In this document: piece after piece, positions 13,501 to 26,900 of the stretch | How positions within the stretch are numbered: the stretch's first letter is position 1 | Layout of the letters: each line of letters begins with the position of its first letter | DNA from: Trichoplax adhaerens | Lineage: Eukaryota > Animalia > Placozoa | Direction of reading: 5' to 3' | Assembly (NCBI RefSeq): GCF_000150275.1 | Contig: NW_002060949.1 | Location: 1,051,836 to 1,115,835, forward strand | DNA length: 64,000 nt | Notes under the pieces: model-generated | Told to the model about the DNA's origin: nothing | What the model saw: only the letters and a program-made list of their open reading frames with translations | Database searches by the model: none | Position numbers and translations under genes: made by a program

Positions 13501-14664
13501 CATCTAGTATTGTATTACAGGTCAGTAAGCATTCATTATTATAGGTTATCCCAGCAAAGCTTAACATCTCTTTTTTTCATTTACAGTGTGGTGCTGATTC
13601 TTTAGGGTGTGATCGCTTAGGTTGTTTCAATCTTAGTATAAAAGCTCACGGGTTTGTTGTAAAAGCTATTTTCGCATTGCGTCCAAATTTGTTGTTGTTA
13701 ATGTGCTTGTTCTATTTGTAGAGCATGTGTTCAGTTTGTTAAAAGTTTTAATATTCCGACCTTGGTGCTCGGTGGGGGTGGTTATACTATTAGCAATGTA
13801 TCTAGATGCTGGTAATATGCGTATTATTATAAATTACAGATCAAGTTTATAGAGTTGCTATTATAAATAACACATCAACTCTGACTTATGCTATTCAGGT
13901 GCTACGAGACTGCTTTATTGGTTGATGCCGACATTACCAATGATCTTCCGTATACTGGTATGAGTGAATCATTTAATTATTGAGAAAGACTATGTTAACT
14001 TGAACATATACTGACGGATATCACGGCTTATTTTCATGACTTTTTAGAATATTTAGAATATTTTGCTCCCGATTTTTCACTTCATCCTTCGATCAGCTAT
14101 GCGAGAGCGGAAAATTTAAATACTAGACAGGTATAACGTCTGAAATTCTAAATAAAGTAACTGCTGTCATATGCTATTTGCATTGTTAAACCGGACTTGG
14201 TTCTATACTTATGATTATCTACTTGATGTTCTGTTACTTCGCCTTTTGTAGTATCTAGACAATATCATTCAAAGCGTTAACGATAACTTGAAATGTATTA
14301 CCTCGGCGCCCGCGGTTCAAATGCAAGCGGTTAGTTCGATAAATAAATTGCTGAAATTTTTCTTCGAATTTATCATGAGGTTATTTACTAGAATTATATA
14401 TCATTAATCACTATGTTAGGTACCTCCTGATTTAATCGATTTTGACTCTGAAAATGAGGATCAAGAACAATATCTAAGCGAAGTAGACCAACCACCAAGG
14501 TAAAAAAGTCTTACAATGCCAATAGAATCTGATTTATAACTGTATTAAGTGCTATTAAATTGATTCTTTCAAATTCAAGTATCGAACCAGCTAATGAATA
14601 CTACGATGGAGATTCTGACAATGATAAAGATCTTGGAGTTGATATTGAAACTGCTATCGATTAA
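10548..14664 (+). CDS. HDAC3: Histone deacetylase 3 (class I), multi-exon
   Basis: [135 protein letters not shown]. The C-terminus [16 protein letters not shown] is HDAC3-type. Confidence 0.97.
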
Positions 14665-15340
14665 TCAAAGTCTAGTTAATTGATGATGTAATTCGCTTTC
14701 TGAAAGGCTATCTCTGTTGCGAGGATACAATCCCAATCCACTTTATCGTAACTAACATCCATTGGATATTCCTTACGACTTACAGTAAACTTACTGTATA
14801 ACCAAGAATCCGATTTTACAGTGAACATTTTATTGTTTTTTAAATATGATTAGAACGACAGTGGATTTTCTTTTGACATTTTAACAAGGAAACATAAAAC
14901 GTAATTCATCAAGATTATCTTTCCATCTTCATACCCAATATGTATATTAAATTAACAGTAAATTTTACATTAAAAATTGTATTTCGTTATTACAAAATAT
15001 TATGTTAAAAAATTGTATTTATAGTAACTGTATTGTACATAGATATGTTATATTCAAGCATTTATCGTAGTTACTTATTTCAATAGTCGAATACTTTGCA
15101 AAGTTAAAAACATGCCTCATTTTATGTTGGATCAGAATTACTTCTCATTGGGAATAAATCACGCGATGCTTTTCAAGCCATCAAACTAAATATCAATAAT
15201 TCTAATTAGATACGTGTATTTATATATTATGCCGAACAAATTGACATTTTAGTGTCACTCATCCCTTATATCAGTAGCTAGGCTAATAGCTATCATGGTC
15301 TATTAGCAGCAAATACCTGCCAATCATTCGACAAGTACAT

Positions 15341-18300
15341 CTAATGCCTCTTAAAACCTTGCCTCTGTCTAGCTAAAAATGAATCACCTCCACTAGAAGC
15401 TAATCTATCATTCATCGTTTTTTTATGTACTTCAAGACCCTAGCAAGAACAATGTCAGATATTAAATATTAGCGTATTGCTTGTCAGAGTCCAGTACAAG
15501 TAATTACGCAAGCCCTAAATAAAGTTTTCGATGATACTAACCAACTCATACCAAGCAGTTGTAACCAATTTCATTTCACGCTCATGAATAGTTTTCAAGT
15601 TTTCGATTTGGCGCTGCAAAATTCGAAAATTATTATTAACTACCGTGAAAGACCACGACGTGACAACAATTTTTACGCAAACCTCCAAATCTCTGACTCG
15701 ATACTCTTTTTCTTGTATTTGACTTTGAAGCGCTTGTAGCTGTTTACGCACGTACGGGACAAGATGATAAAATCAGAAAACAAATTTAGATTTCGTTGAA
15801 ACACGACTACATCTAAGGAATATACAGAAAAATTAAAAATAAACTTAATTAGGTTTAGTAACCTCCGGAGATCCAGTAGCGTTTCTTGGTAATAACTACA
15901 ACAATAAGAGAAAGCTCAAATATAAGTACATACAGTATCACGATAAATTTAAATTTCATGCGATTCGTATTTTCTGCGTCCAACGAAGAACATTGCAGAA
16001 AAACAATTAGGAAAAATACCTGTTTAGCTTTATCCAGAAATTTTTTATATTTATCTTCCAAACGGATCATATCGTTTTCGTTATTCGTAAGCTGGTCTTT
16101 CAGTCTACCAATATCAGCGTCTATCAATCATTAATTTCACTACCGTTAAAACCCTCAATCGACATTCTTTAATATCAGCTAATTCAAAGTCACAATTATC
16201 ACCTCGGGAAGCCAGTTCAGTCTGCATGCTTTTAATAATGTCAGCATTTTTGTTGCCATTCTCTTGCTGAACTTGAATTTCCCTTTCTCGTTTCATAAGA
16301 AGACTGCTCTGTTCATCCACTTTGGATCTAAGATAAAAATGTCCTTAACAATCGAAGTAAACACAATATGTCTATAAGTTGCAAACAATACGTACTGCAT
16401 ATTTTCAATAGCTTGCTTCAGTTCAATTTTATCCTGAAATAGTGACAAGACGGATAAATTAGATTAAGTCGATTTAAATAATAGTTTCGATATGTTGTCC
16501 TTAACTAACACGAGTATTGTAAGGTCAATACGCTGATACTCTTGAATACATCTAAAGCAAAATTACCTTATCATCTTCTTTCTGTTGCACTATTTGTGTA
16601 TTATGCCTGCATTTTAAAATTTATATAAAAATAAAATTAATATCAATGAAGAGAATCATGTTTCAAATTCTGGCTACTAAATATATGTAAACAGAAGCAA
16701 GTGAGGAAAATTCTCTTACTTCTCTATAAGATGTTCATTCTCTCTAATAAATAATTTCTTCTCTGCTTCCTCCGCCCGCTTTCTTAGACTCTCATTTTCT
16801 GTTTGCAATTGGATCATCTTTTCCCTGTAATGGTATTGAAATAAGAAGGATACGTCATAATTAACCATATTGTTTATTATAATAAGTCACTGATAAGAAA
16901 ATTAACAAAAGTAATTTTCTATTCTAGAGTCGAAATTACATACCTTGCATCGCTATCATTATCTGCCAGTGCTTGCCCTAGTGCATCGTCTAGCGATACA
17001 ACGCCTGTGCGCATATTTTAAAATCATTAGAAAAAGAAGGACATGTTAGCAGATACACCAAATTGAATAATATTAAGATTAGTATCTCTCTTACCCGATA
17101 TTTTTCTCGCTGATAAATGAGCATTTATCTCGCGTAAACTTTTCATTTCATCAATTAATTTCTTAAAGACAGTCACAGGTCATATCGTTAATGCCAATTA
17201 TTTATGATGAATAAGTTAAGAACCTTCATTACACTCACTAACTTTGTTTTCAAATTCCAATTTATTGCATTTCTCTCTACTGCCATATAAGTCTACTTTA
17301 GCCTAGAAAAGACAGCGTAAGCAGTTTAAATAAGTACACTTAAATTAATAATTGCTTAAAATTACTTACTTCTTCTTCAATCTTTTTACATTCTTCTATG
17401 TCCTTCTTCAATTGGCTGATCTAGTGAGACAATTAAAAATACTTTCTATTTTCTCTTAAAGCAGACAAACTAGTAATGCAACATAAAAGTACGCATAGTA
17501 CCTTTTCACTGTAATATTCATTATGAAATTTCGTTTGTGAATTTTGTTGTTCCAGTTTCTACATACAAATAATAAATTTTACATTATATAAGTATCATAA
17601 ACTTCCCATCACAATTCAATGAAGTGCACAGGTTACTTACTGCCTTTAACTCCGCATTATCCCTAACAAATCCAGCTATTCTATCTTCCAATTTTTTTAT
17701 TTGATCACGCTGACCAGCAGCATCATCTACGAAATAAAACATCGGATTACATTGATTCATTAAGGTACAAAAGATAGTACCATACTAAAAGAGCTACAAC
17801 ATGTTTAATTTGTATTACCTAACTTCTTCTTGTAATTGGTTAATTGAGCTTCGCTTTGTGCCTATATTACGCCATTAAGTAATATTACTTCAATAAATCC
17901 AAGTTGTCACATACATAATTTAAATTATACGCTATATGACTTGATTAACTATAAGGTTTCATCCAACTCACCAATTTATCTGCTGTGTGAGATAACTCGT
18001 CAACTTTATCTCTTAATTCTTGTGCTTCTTCTGCTCTCTTACTTAATAGTAATCTCTAAGATATACGTAAAGCGCAATAATAGTGAATGAGACAATAAGT
18101 GTCTACAAGTATCACATCAGCTATTTGATTCACAGAGTTAGTAATCGTAGTCATGCTACTATTTACTTCTTGTCTAAGCTCGATAAGTATCTTTTCTTGA
18201 CGTTCTTCACGCGTAGTTATTTCGTCTCTTTCTAAAGAATTATACAGGATAAATACCGACACTATAATAACTATTCAAATTGTTGCTGTACCATAAAAAT

Positions 18301-20760
18301 TTAATAGTTCATTACCAGATTCCAGTGACAAATTTTGCTTCTGCAAAAGCTCAATTTTATTATGAAGATTCTGGAATTTAAAACCAATATCTGTTGTAGG
18401 GTCATTTATAATACTTTCGACATTGTTATAACGATCTAACAACTCCTTATTAGATGTTAGCTCCTCCTGCAGATTAGCAACTTGATTTTCAAGATCACGG
18501 CATTTATTTGTTAACTCTTTCTTGTCGACTGCTAGGTCATGTATTTCTTGCTCCAATCTTTCTACCCTTTCCTCTTCTATTGATTGATCATTTTGAGATG
18601 TGGGAGTCATTAGCTCTTGAATTGCTGTCATAATAACCTCTTGTACGGACTGCTCCAACTCCATAATAACTTTAATATAACCTAGTATTAGAAAAATATA
18701 TCACTTTCAGACGGATAAGTTCATTGGTGAAATATTAATCATCAATTCATATCCATGACGATGAGTTTGATAAAACATTATACAACGATGGTGATTACAT
18801 AATTCAAATTTTAGCAATTGTTTAATTTTTAACATAAATAAATTACGTAGCCAACCTATGTGTTTAATTAATTTCTAGCTAGCTATCTAATTTACGAAAA
18901 ATTTTAAATGACACCATTAAAGTATATACTACTACGTATACGTATGTCTTAATTAAGGGCTACCTATCATACCTTCTCGATTATTACAGAAGAACGCGCA
19001 ACCAAGAATGAGCTGTAACATTTTACCTAATTCTTCTTCATCACAATTAATAGCTATAATTGAAACAAAGAGTCTCACTTTAAATATTTATCTTAAGCTA
19101 TTTTAAAAATTTTGTCAAGCTCTGTTAAACCAACCAATTTTTTCTACATTTGGCAAGGACAGATTGCTTAAGTCTTGTTTTAATGTCTAATTAAAGGAAG
19201 AAATGGGTAGTTTACGAATTGCACTATGCCATTGACATTAGTAGAAGAACAGTAATAAATAAATAATGATAAAATACATCATTGTATGATGACATATGTT
19301 GCATTGATTATAGATATGAACTTAACACTTTACATTATACTACTGTTTCTCAATAAAACGAACTGTTTAGTGCGTTCACATTTATAACTTGCCTCGTGAT
19401 AGTAGTATTCTATTCCCCGCAGGACTTTCTTTAAATTGCTAACCTACATAATTAGGTAAATAAATGATAAGTATTAGGAAATGGCTATTGAGTTAGTTTA
19501 TTAATAAAATTGGTTGTCAATATTGATTTAACAGTAGTGATAGCATATTGTATCAGTGGGTTAATAAAGATGAGTTTGTTGTAATACTTCATTAGGTATT
19601 TTTTAGATACTAGTATCGTGACAAGAAAAGTACGACAACAAGTATTTTTTAAATATTTTACATGTATAAATACTACATCGCGCTAAGAGAGTTATACAGT
19701 ATTTTAACCTGTCAGTGAAAGGGATAATTGATCGAATTAATATATACTACCTCATCTAAGATTAAAAAACGTTAGAGGGATAACTATGTAGTATTCTGGA
19801 ATCTAATCAAGTTAAAAGTAACTAACAAGAGATCTAATTGTAAATTATATCTACATTTCATCATAATAATATCCAGCTATAAGTTCTATAAGTTAATAAT
19901 TCTAATTATCGGATAACGATAAAATATCGCAATTGCTGAAGTATTCTCTTAAGAGTACTATATCAGTTATATATTTATGCTGTGGTATGTATACTGTATC
20001 ATTGTACCTTACATTGAAATTGTAAGACTAGTGAAGATATCGTAATTACTGCAAATAAACATATCACGTTGGTGAATCAGGCAGTGCGCTACAGCTTAAA
20101 ACTCTGAAGACTAATAATCCAACCCGTGAATGGCACATACAGTAATTGGCTTTAGTATTATTTAGTTATTCATTCACTATCTATATTAAATGACTTTAAG
20201 TTCAAGCTTTATACTATATTATCAATGAATTAAAAAATTGTTGCATCAAATCAAATAATCTTCTAAACTGTCTACCAGAAAAGTAGGCACTGCATTGTAC
20301 ATAAAAGTCATAGCAAAATCTTACCTTTAACCGCCAATGGTTAGCATCACGCTTGATTCTACTAAGCCATTCTCCACTAAATACAGCAGAAGCTCTAATC
20401 AAGCATATCATAAAATTAATAAATGGGTCGTCATATCATTTATTTTGGCTTATTAGGAGATACACGTATCCGTGTAAGACCTTTGAGACGATATTTAGAT
20501 AAAATACAATTATTCTCCAGGTGTCAGCGACTAATCTATTTTCTCTTACTATCCTACATTCTATTTAGATTGTTACATCTATGCAAATTATATAGACTAC
20601 ACAAGTATTACTTCCTCATTATTGTATATGCGCATATAGTTTTATTCTCAATATAAAATATTAAAGAGCAACAACATTAACGAAATCGTATTCATGTTCA
20701 ATGATTTAATTCAACTGATAACTTAGACTTTATTCTTATCAACTGTTCTAATAACATTGG

Positions 20761-20791
<31 letters not shown>

Positions 20792-21731
20792 TTATTCAAT
20801 CTGGTTAAACTAACAAATAGTTTATTCAGCTAGTGTTGTACTTTACAAGTGATGTTGCAAGTTGTAAATGTTATCATTTTCTCGGTATTGCTTACATCAT
20901 CATCATTGTACTGTAATCTCTCACAGCAAATATTAAAATGAGAGTAAGAAAAGCGTGCAAAGCAATTTCAATTGGCCAAAATTGAGTATCTCCCAATTTT
21001 ATAATCATATTCTGCCGCACTACTACTGTATCCGTCCGTTTTAATCTACTTATTGTCCACTACAGTACTGCCATCTCGACTGGCTACGCGATGATCAGCT
21101 TCGCTATTGCACATCTACAGTACTATTGATCGCTCTTGTTATATAAATAAAAATGCATTTTGGGGACTGTACTTATAGCATTTGGTACGTTATTATTGGT
21201 ATGAATTTGGTATGACAGAATTGTCGATCTTGACTAAATTCATTGAACTACTTGTAACGATTGGATGATCATGACAAGTATATGACTATAAAAACATTTG
21301 CTTGCAGTACAGTATTACTAAAGTTAGAATAAAGCGCTCACTGTCCAAGTAGTAGAGCCTCCTTTACCAACTGAAAGTTTTTAAAGGGTTATTTAATACT
21401 GTAGTCAGAACCAGCATTATTCACAATTAAATATTTAATTCTACTTTTCTAGGTTCTACAATTTTTATACTAGGATAGTATATGCTAACATTTTAGACAA
21501 GCACTCGGCCATTGCAACACCATCCATTAAGTCTTGGACAGTTTGATGAGGTCCATTGATGCCATCGAACGTTCCTATCTAAAAATCATGTTATACAATG
21601 AGGAAAGTCCAAATTACTTTCAATATCCACCTTCCAGCATCACAATTAGAACCAATAGAGTTGAAATCAACAAGATTTTAGTCCATTTTTACCCATATTA
21701 ATAAGCTTTCGCACAAAACTTCGCTATCCAT
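15341..21731 (-). CDS. HOOK: Hook microtubule-tethering / dynein adaptor protein, multi-exon
   Basis: N-terminal Hook domain MDSEVLCESLLIW...WLSRIK...WRLKVSNLKKVLRGI...ELGKMLQLILG...MELEQSVQEVIMTAIQELM, then a long coiled coil. C-terminus KYKKFLDKAK...HEREMKLVTTAWYELG...SFLARQRQGFKRH*. Confidence 0.95.
20761..20788. repeat. (TA)n microsatellite in a Hook intron
   Basis: About 14 consecutive TA units. Confidence 0.95.
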
Positions 21732-21879
21732 TTCATCCAAATGCGCTGACAAGATCAGTTACTGTACTGTACTAGAAACGTTTATAGTAACGCGTCAAGC
21801 CCTTTGACCGTTGTCTCTTATTAATTACAGCTGTTGAAGTGTCCAACTGTCCATACAGGCGTCCGAGTGTGTCATGTCA

Positions 21880-22610
21880 GTCTACACTCTACAGTACAGT
21901 ACAGTTTAGTACAGTGTACAGTACTGTAATTATGTACTGTACTATACTACTGTACTATAAATCACGTGACTATCGTGAGTAACGTCCACTAGACCAGTTA
22001 AGTTGGATACAAACTTGACTGATCTACTGGGCGCTGCTCGATACGTTTGCACCATCTAGTACACTACTGTACGTACATTGTATGAATAAAAGATAGTAAT
22101 ACTGTACTCAGTAGTCAGTGGGCCCGGTGCTGTAGTGTACTCAGTGGATATGACAGCACTGGATCGGTGGCCATTGTACAGAGCTAAAGTCAAAAGTCTA
22201 CTGTAAAATCCATGTCTACTAAAAATGGCCATACTCGTACTCTTTCCACTGTTGCAGCAGCATACCACTTCTGTAGACTACCGTCACTTCTAAAAAGGAA
22301 AGAGAGGGATAACCACCGGCCATTCAATATCCCCAAAATGACGGAGCTGGCCATTGTGCGAGTCATCTCAAGTGAACTGTATATCGAGCACGATACACAG
22401 TTGAAGTCGACCGTTTACGCGAGTGTCATCCTGATCAGCTGCTTGGGTTGGCTTTGCACAGTACAGTACTGTACTGTACGTACTGTATACTGTAGTGTAG
22501 GTACTGTACACTGTACAGTACTGTACTGTACTGTACTGTAGAATGGCCGACCAAGCCCAGCCCGCCCATTCTACTGTACTGTACACAGTGCAGTACAGTG
22601 TACAGTAGCT
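21880..22610. promoter_or_regulatory. TACTG/CAGTA-rich tracts upstream of Hook (putative promoter region)
   Basis: Dense TACTGTAC/GTACAGTA repeats at about 21885-21958 and 22458-22607. The same motif lies upstream of other genes in the window. The regulatory role is inferred. Confidence 0.4.
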
Positions 22611-23977
22611 TACCAATGGTGTGTTTCATGTCAGAACTGCCTGATTAATTATACAATTCATATCACTAATTTGAACTTGAGTTATTAGCTATGCAGCAGT
22701 CTATCAATTCAATTAGTTATTACTCTGGATAACAACTTCCACTTGTAAAATATTGTTTGATAATTAATAAAAATCACCAAGACTACTTCCATCCCAAGAC
22801 ACCAGCTCTTTATTATACTCGTACGACTGAGTATATAGGATACGGCCAAAGCCGGTAATGTAGCCATTACTGGTATTGGCTCACCGGTTTCATACGAATT
22901 CCTTTCAAAAAATTTGAAATCATGTTTAAAAGTATTGTAGTCATATAGGGCTTTTACATGACAGTACTCCATTAACGATGAAATACACGACAGATGTTTG
23001 CATGGGAGTGTATTAATATCGTAGATTAATATTTTCCAGTAGACTAAAACTGTAATCGTTATTCGCAAATTTCTACGAGTACGGTGGATAGATAGACTCG
23101 TATGACAGTACAGCATATAATATATAGAACATATACAACTATTATCAGTTATTGTTCTTGCATAGGATAGTATGCCATGCCTGCATGATACTGAATAGTA
23201 GAAGGAAGTCAAGCCACTTATAGTGAGTGCACTGTCTATGCACATCGAGAGGAAAATTCTCATCTTTTAAAGACGCAGTAAGTTACATTAGCCCATTTCT
23301 CCCTTGAAGTGCCTTTTTCCTTGATCTCCATAAACCATAGAATAGTATAACATTTATTCAATAGGATCCGGGGTGAATACAGTTAAGGCATTTATTTAAA
23401 ATACTATTGCACTTCAAAGTAATCAATTAATCGTAAAGTCCACAAAGAAACAATGAAAGAGGAAACTAAAATTACCCACAGCTAAATTTCAAAAAATGAA
23501 GAGGCGGGAACTTAAGATTAAAATAAATATCCAACTATATAGTGTTAATTTACTATTCATTATCTCATACAAGTATGAGAACGAAAATTCACATCCATAT
23601 TCAAGTTAATTTCAATCACTTACTCATGGTTTCACAATTATTGATTGCCTAAGCTATCACTTACTATTATTCTAATAGTAGGAGAAATATCCTTAATTAC
23701 TCAATTGACCATCAATCGTAATAAAGATCATAATTACCTTATCATCTCATGAGATCCGTGCCTAGTAAGCTATACAAGTAAGCTAAATGTGGAGGTAATA
23801 CGCATATATGCATGTACTTGATAACGCAAAAATCCCATCATGATTATGTGACAGTATATACGAAGACTACTGAACGATTGCTTAACCCTACCAAAGCATT
23901 ATTTCTATACTTTATAGAAGACTACAACAGTATGTGCAAATTAATTATTACACCATCAGAGAACACCAGCAAATTAA

Positions 23978-26900
23978 TTAAGCTTCCTTTTTCATCGTTT
24001 CTTTTCGCGAGCGATTATTATGGAAGCAGAAACGTTGATTGAGAGCATTAATAAAAATGCAAAATTTTTCCTAGGGATAGTTCATGTAAAAGTAATAGTA
24101 ATGAATGAAAAAATAGCTAAAATGCACTGCTTTAAATTAGTAAAAGATTCGGTATGAACCATTAATACTAGTCATTATTAACTTACGCGATGCTTTCGTT
24201 TGAGTCGGCGTTTTTCCTTTTCACGAAGAACTTTATTGTCTCGAATGCTAATAGAATATTCATTCCATCTACATGTATATTAAGATGATCGACCCATAAT
24301 AGATTATTAATTTAAATTAGTACTGACTTACATAATTAAGATGAAGGCTTAGTGCTAAAGACTAATCGAAAATTGTTCATTTATGTGCTGTAAAACATTT
24401 CAAGTATGACTTCTAACGAATAAACTAACCAATATTGTTCAAATATCATTCACATTTAACCATATGATACTGCTATATAAGTATGAATCGTATAATAATA
24501 TTGAAACAGCTCATTCTTACCGCCAATCAAACATAGTTTTACTTTTTTTCTTCGGTTTTGTCGAAATTTTTCCATCTTCACCCATTTTAAAAATTAATCT
24601 TTTCTTGAAATAAATCTGAATGCTCTCTTCGATGCCATCCATACTAAGCGCTACATCAACTATACTGTAGGATCTGATTCGAAATGATTTTCTGTAATAT
24701 AATGAATCATAATTTTATAAATTTATCACAATTTGAATCACTGCATGAAAATAAGAGAATAACACTATCTTAGACTAGGCATTAAAGACTGCAGTACACC
24801 AATATGAAATTGTGATATGTGTTCATAATTATCGAAAGTAAAATATTGAAACTTCAAGGGTCTGACGCATATCCATATAGTCATAAATAAGTATAATATA
24901 CGAAGATAGTACATACAGGACGTCTACAATCACATCTTCACCAGTAATCGATGCATTAACAGCTACGATACTATATACGGAAGTTTCTAATAGCAGTGGA
25001 AAGCCAGGAGCTGTAGCATTGATTTGGCGAGCTTCATATATCAGCGCAGGCTTAATAAGGAAAGCTCTTTTATTCAAGAATCGCGAGAACACTTCATTTA
25101 AAGTTTCTTCATCAATTTTCCAAATTTTTCTTTCATTCATGATTTGATTTTCAATTCGTTCAGCTAACACATCCAAGCTCAATTCTTCATTCATTTCTTC
25201 ATTCATTTCTTCATTCATTTCTTCATTCATTTCTTCATTTATTTCTTTATTAAAATGATATAGTGAGATATCTCTGCAATTATCACAAAATAAAGGATAG
25301 GTATTTTAAAATATTGTTAACTTTCATTTCTATAAAGAATTACAGGTATTCTGTGTCCGTTCAAAAATAATCCAGGCATAGCACTTTACTATACTACATA
25401 AAGGCTGAGCATTATATTATTGAGTATATCAGTTTATTATTGCGGTCTAAAGTGCGTAATAAGGTCTTTTCTTTATATTTTAATAAATCTTTTTTTGGCA
25501 GCTATTATTTCAATATTATTACCAAGGCTAAATCTGTCAACAGCGATACAAATTACTGATTCCTACTTGAAACTTATCCAATTTTACTGTATACCAAATA
25601 CAAGTATATTAGAAATTTTAAAGTATCTTACTAACAAATATTTAATAATCACACTAGAATATACGTACACGGTCCCCGGTCTTCGATAGGATTTTCTCTT
25701 GCCTGATAAAATATCATATGTAGATATGCATACTTCAAACAGCATCAGATTCCGTTTAACAAAAGTGCTGTGGCAAAAACTCTTAACATAAATGAAGATC
25801 TATATCAAGCTAGGAATCCACATATAAGCATACGTATATCTATGTCATGAACTCTAGTATATCTAGATGTCGTGTCTATACATATTAATCAAGGCGACAA
25901 CAATATAGTCTTGACAATGATCAATTCCAACATCAAATATAACTTACATGAATTGTTTGCACAACAACATCATTTACTGTCGGAGCAACTTGCAGACTTT
26001 CTAATAAAGCTTTTATCTCCATAACAGAACTGGTTCTACTCCAAACGTTTTGAAGTTTTTGTAATATTACAGATGATGAACGAGCGGCAATTGCGCCCAT
26101 AAAGAAATCTCTAAATATGATTAATTTTATGTTAATAAACTGAAAAATTTGCTTTTAGCGTGAAATCGGAATCAAATCATCTAACCTCGCGGTTTTTTCT
26201 TTATGCATAGAATTCAAATGGCTAAATTCTACCTCATCCATATTAGTACAGTTATATACTCCCATTTCAAATGATTACGACCATGATTGAATATTTATTC
26301 TATCCTGTTGCGTGATTTGATTTTCATCCTGATTGAGAACAAAGAAGGGTGAGTGCTTCAGAAGCATTATGAGGCAAACACCAAACATAGTACGAAGAAA
26401 CTTAATTAAAATTTAATATTATACCATTATTTAAATAAATTACATGCTATACCATTTCGTTTTCAAAAACTTCTTCGTCAATATACTCTTCCGATAGCTC
26501 CCTTAAATTGATTGATGGCTTTTTCAATTCTCCGTTGCCTTTTAGACTCAATATCTAATAAAACATATTAGTATACTAGATTCTATGACCATGAATAGCA
26601 ATGAATAGTAATGAAAATTGTTTGCTTTAAGATTAGTTTTTTTCATGTAATTACATATAAAAAATCAATGTTCAGTTTTGCATTTCAATTATGCAATCGA
26701 AGTGTGCAAATTATACTCGAAATATCATGACTAATCAAGATACTTTAATCAGTAAAATATAACAAATACGATTCAATTTTTAGTGGTTGAGAAAAGTAAA
26801 GAACATTTTCCTGGCTGAATGAATGCTGAATAATTGACACAAATAATAACTAAATTTTTTGCATTACCAATTACAATTACAAAATCTCTATTGCAATCTC

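Noticed and set aside
22056-22629. Several overlapping ORFs rich in Y/S/T/V/C/L
   Set aside because: Largely translations of TACTG/CAGTA low-complexity tracts.
22709-23263. 184-aa minus-strand ORF, the longest in the track
   Set aside because: No recognisable motif and a composition like translated AT-rich non-coding DNA. Mini-Vg A already ends at 23978. An HRQC-containing alternative frame was too weak to call.
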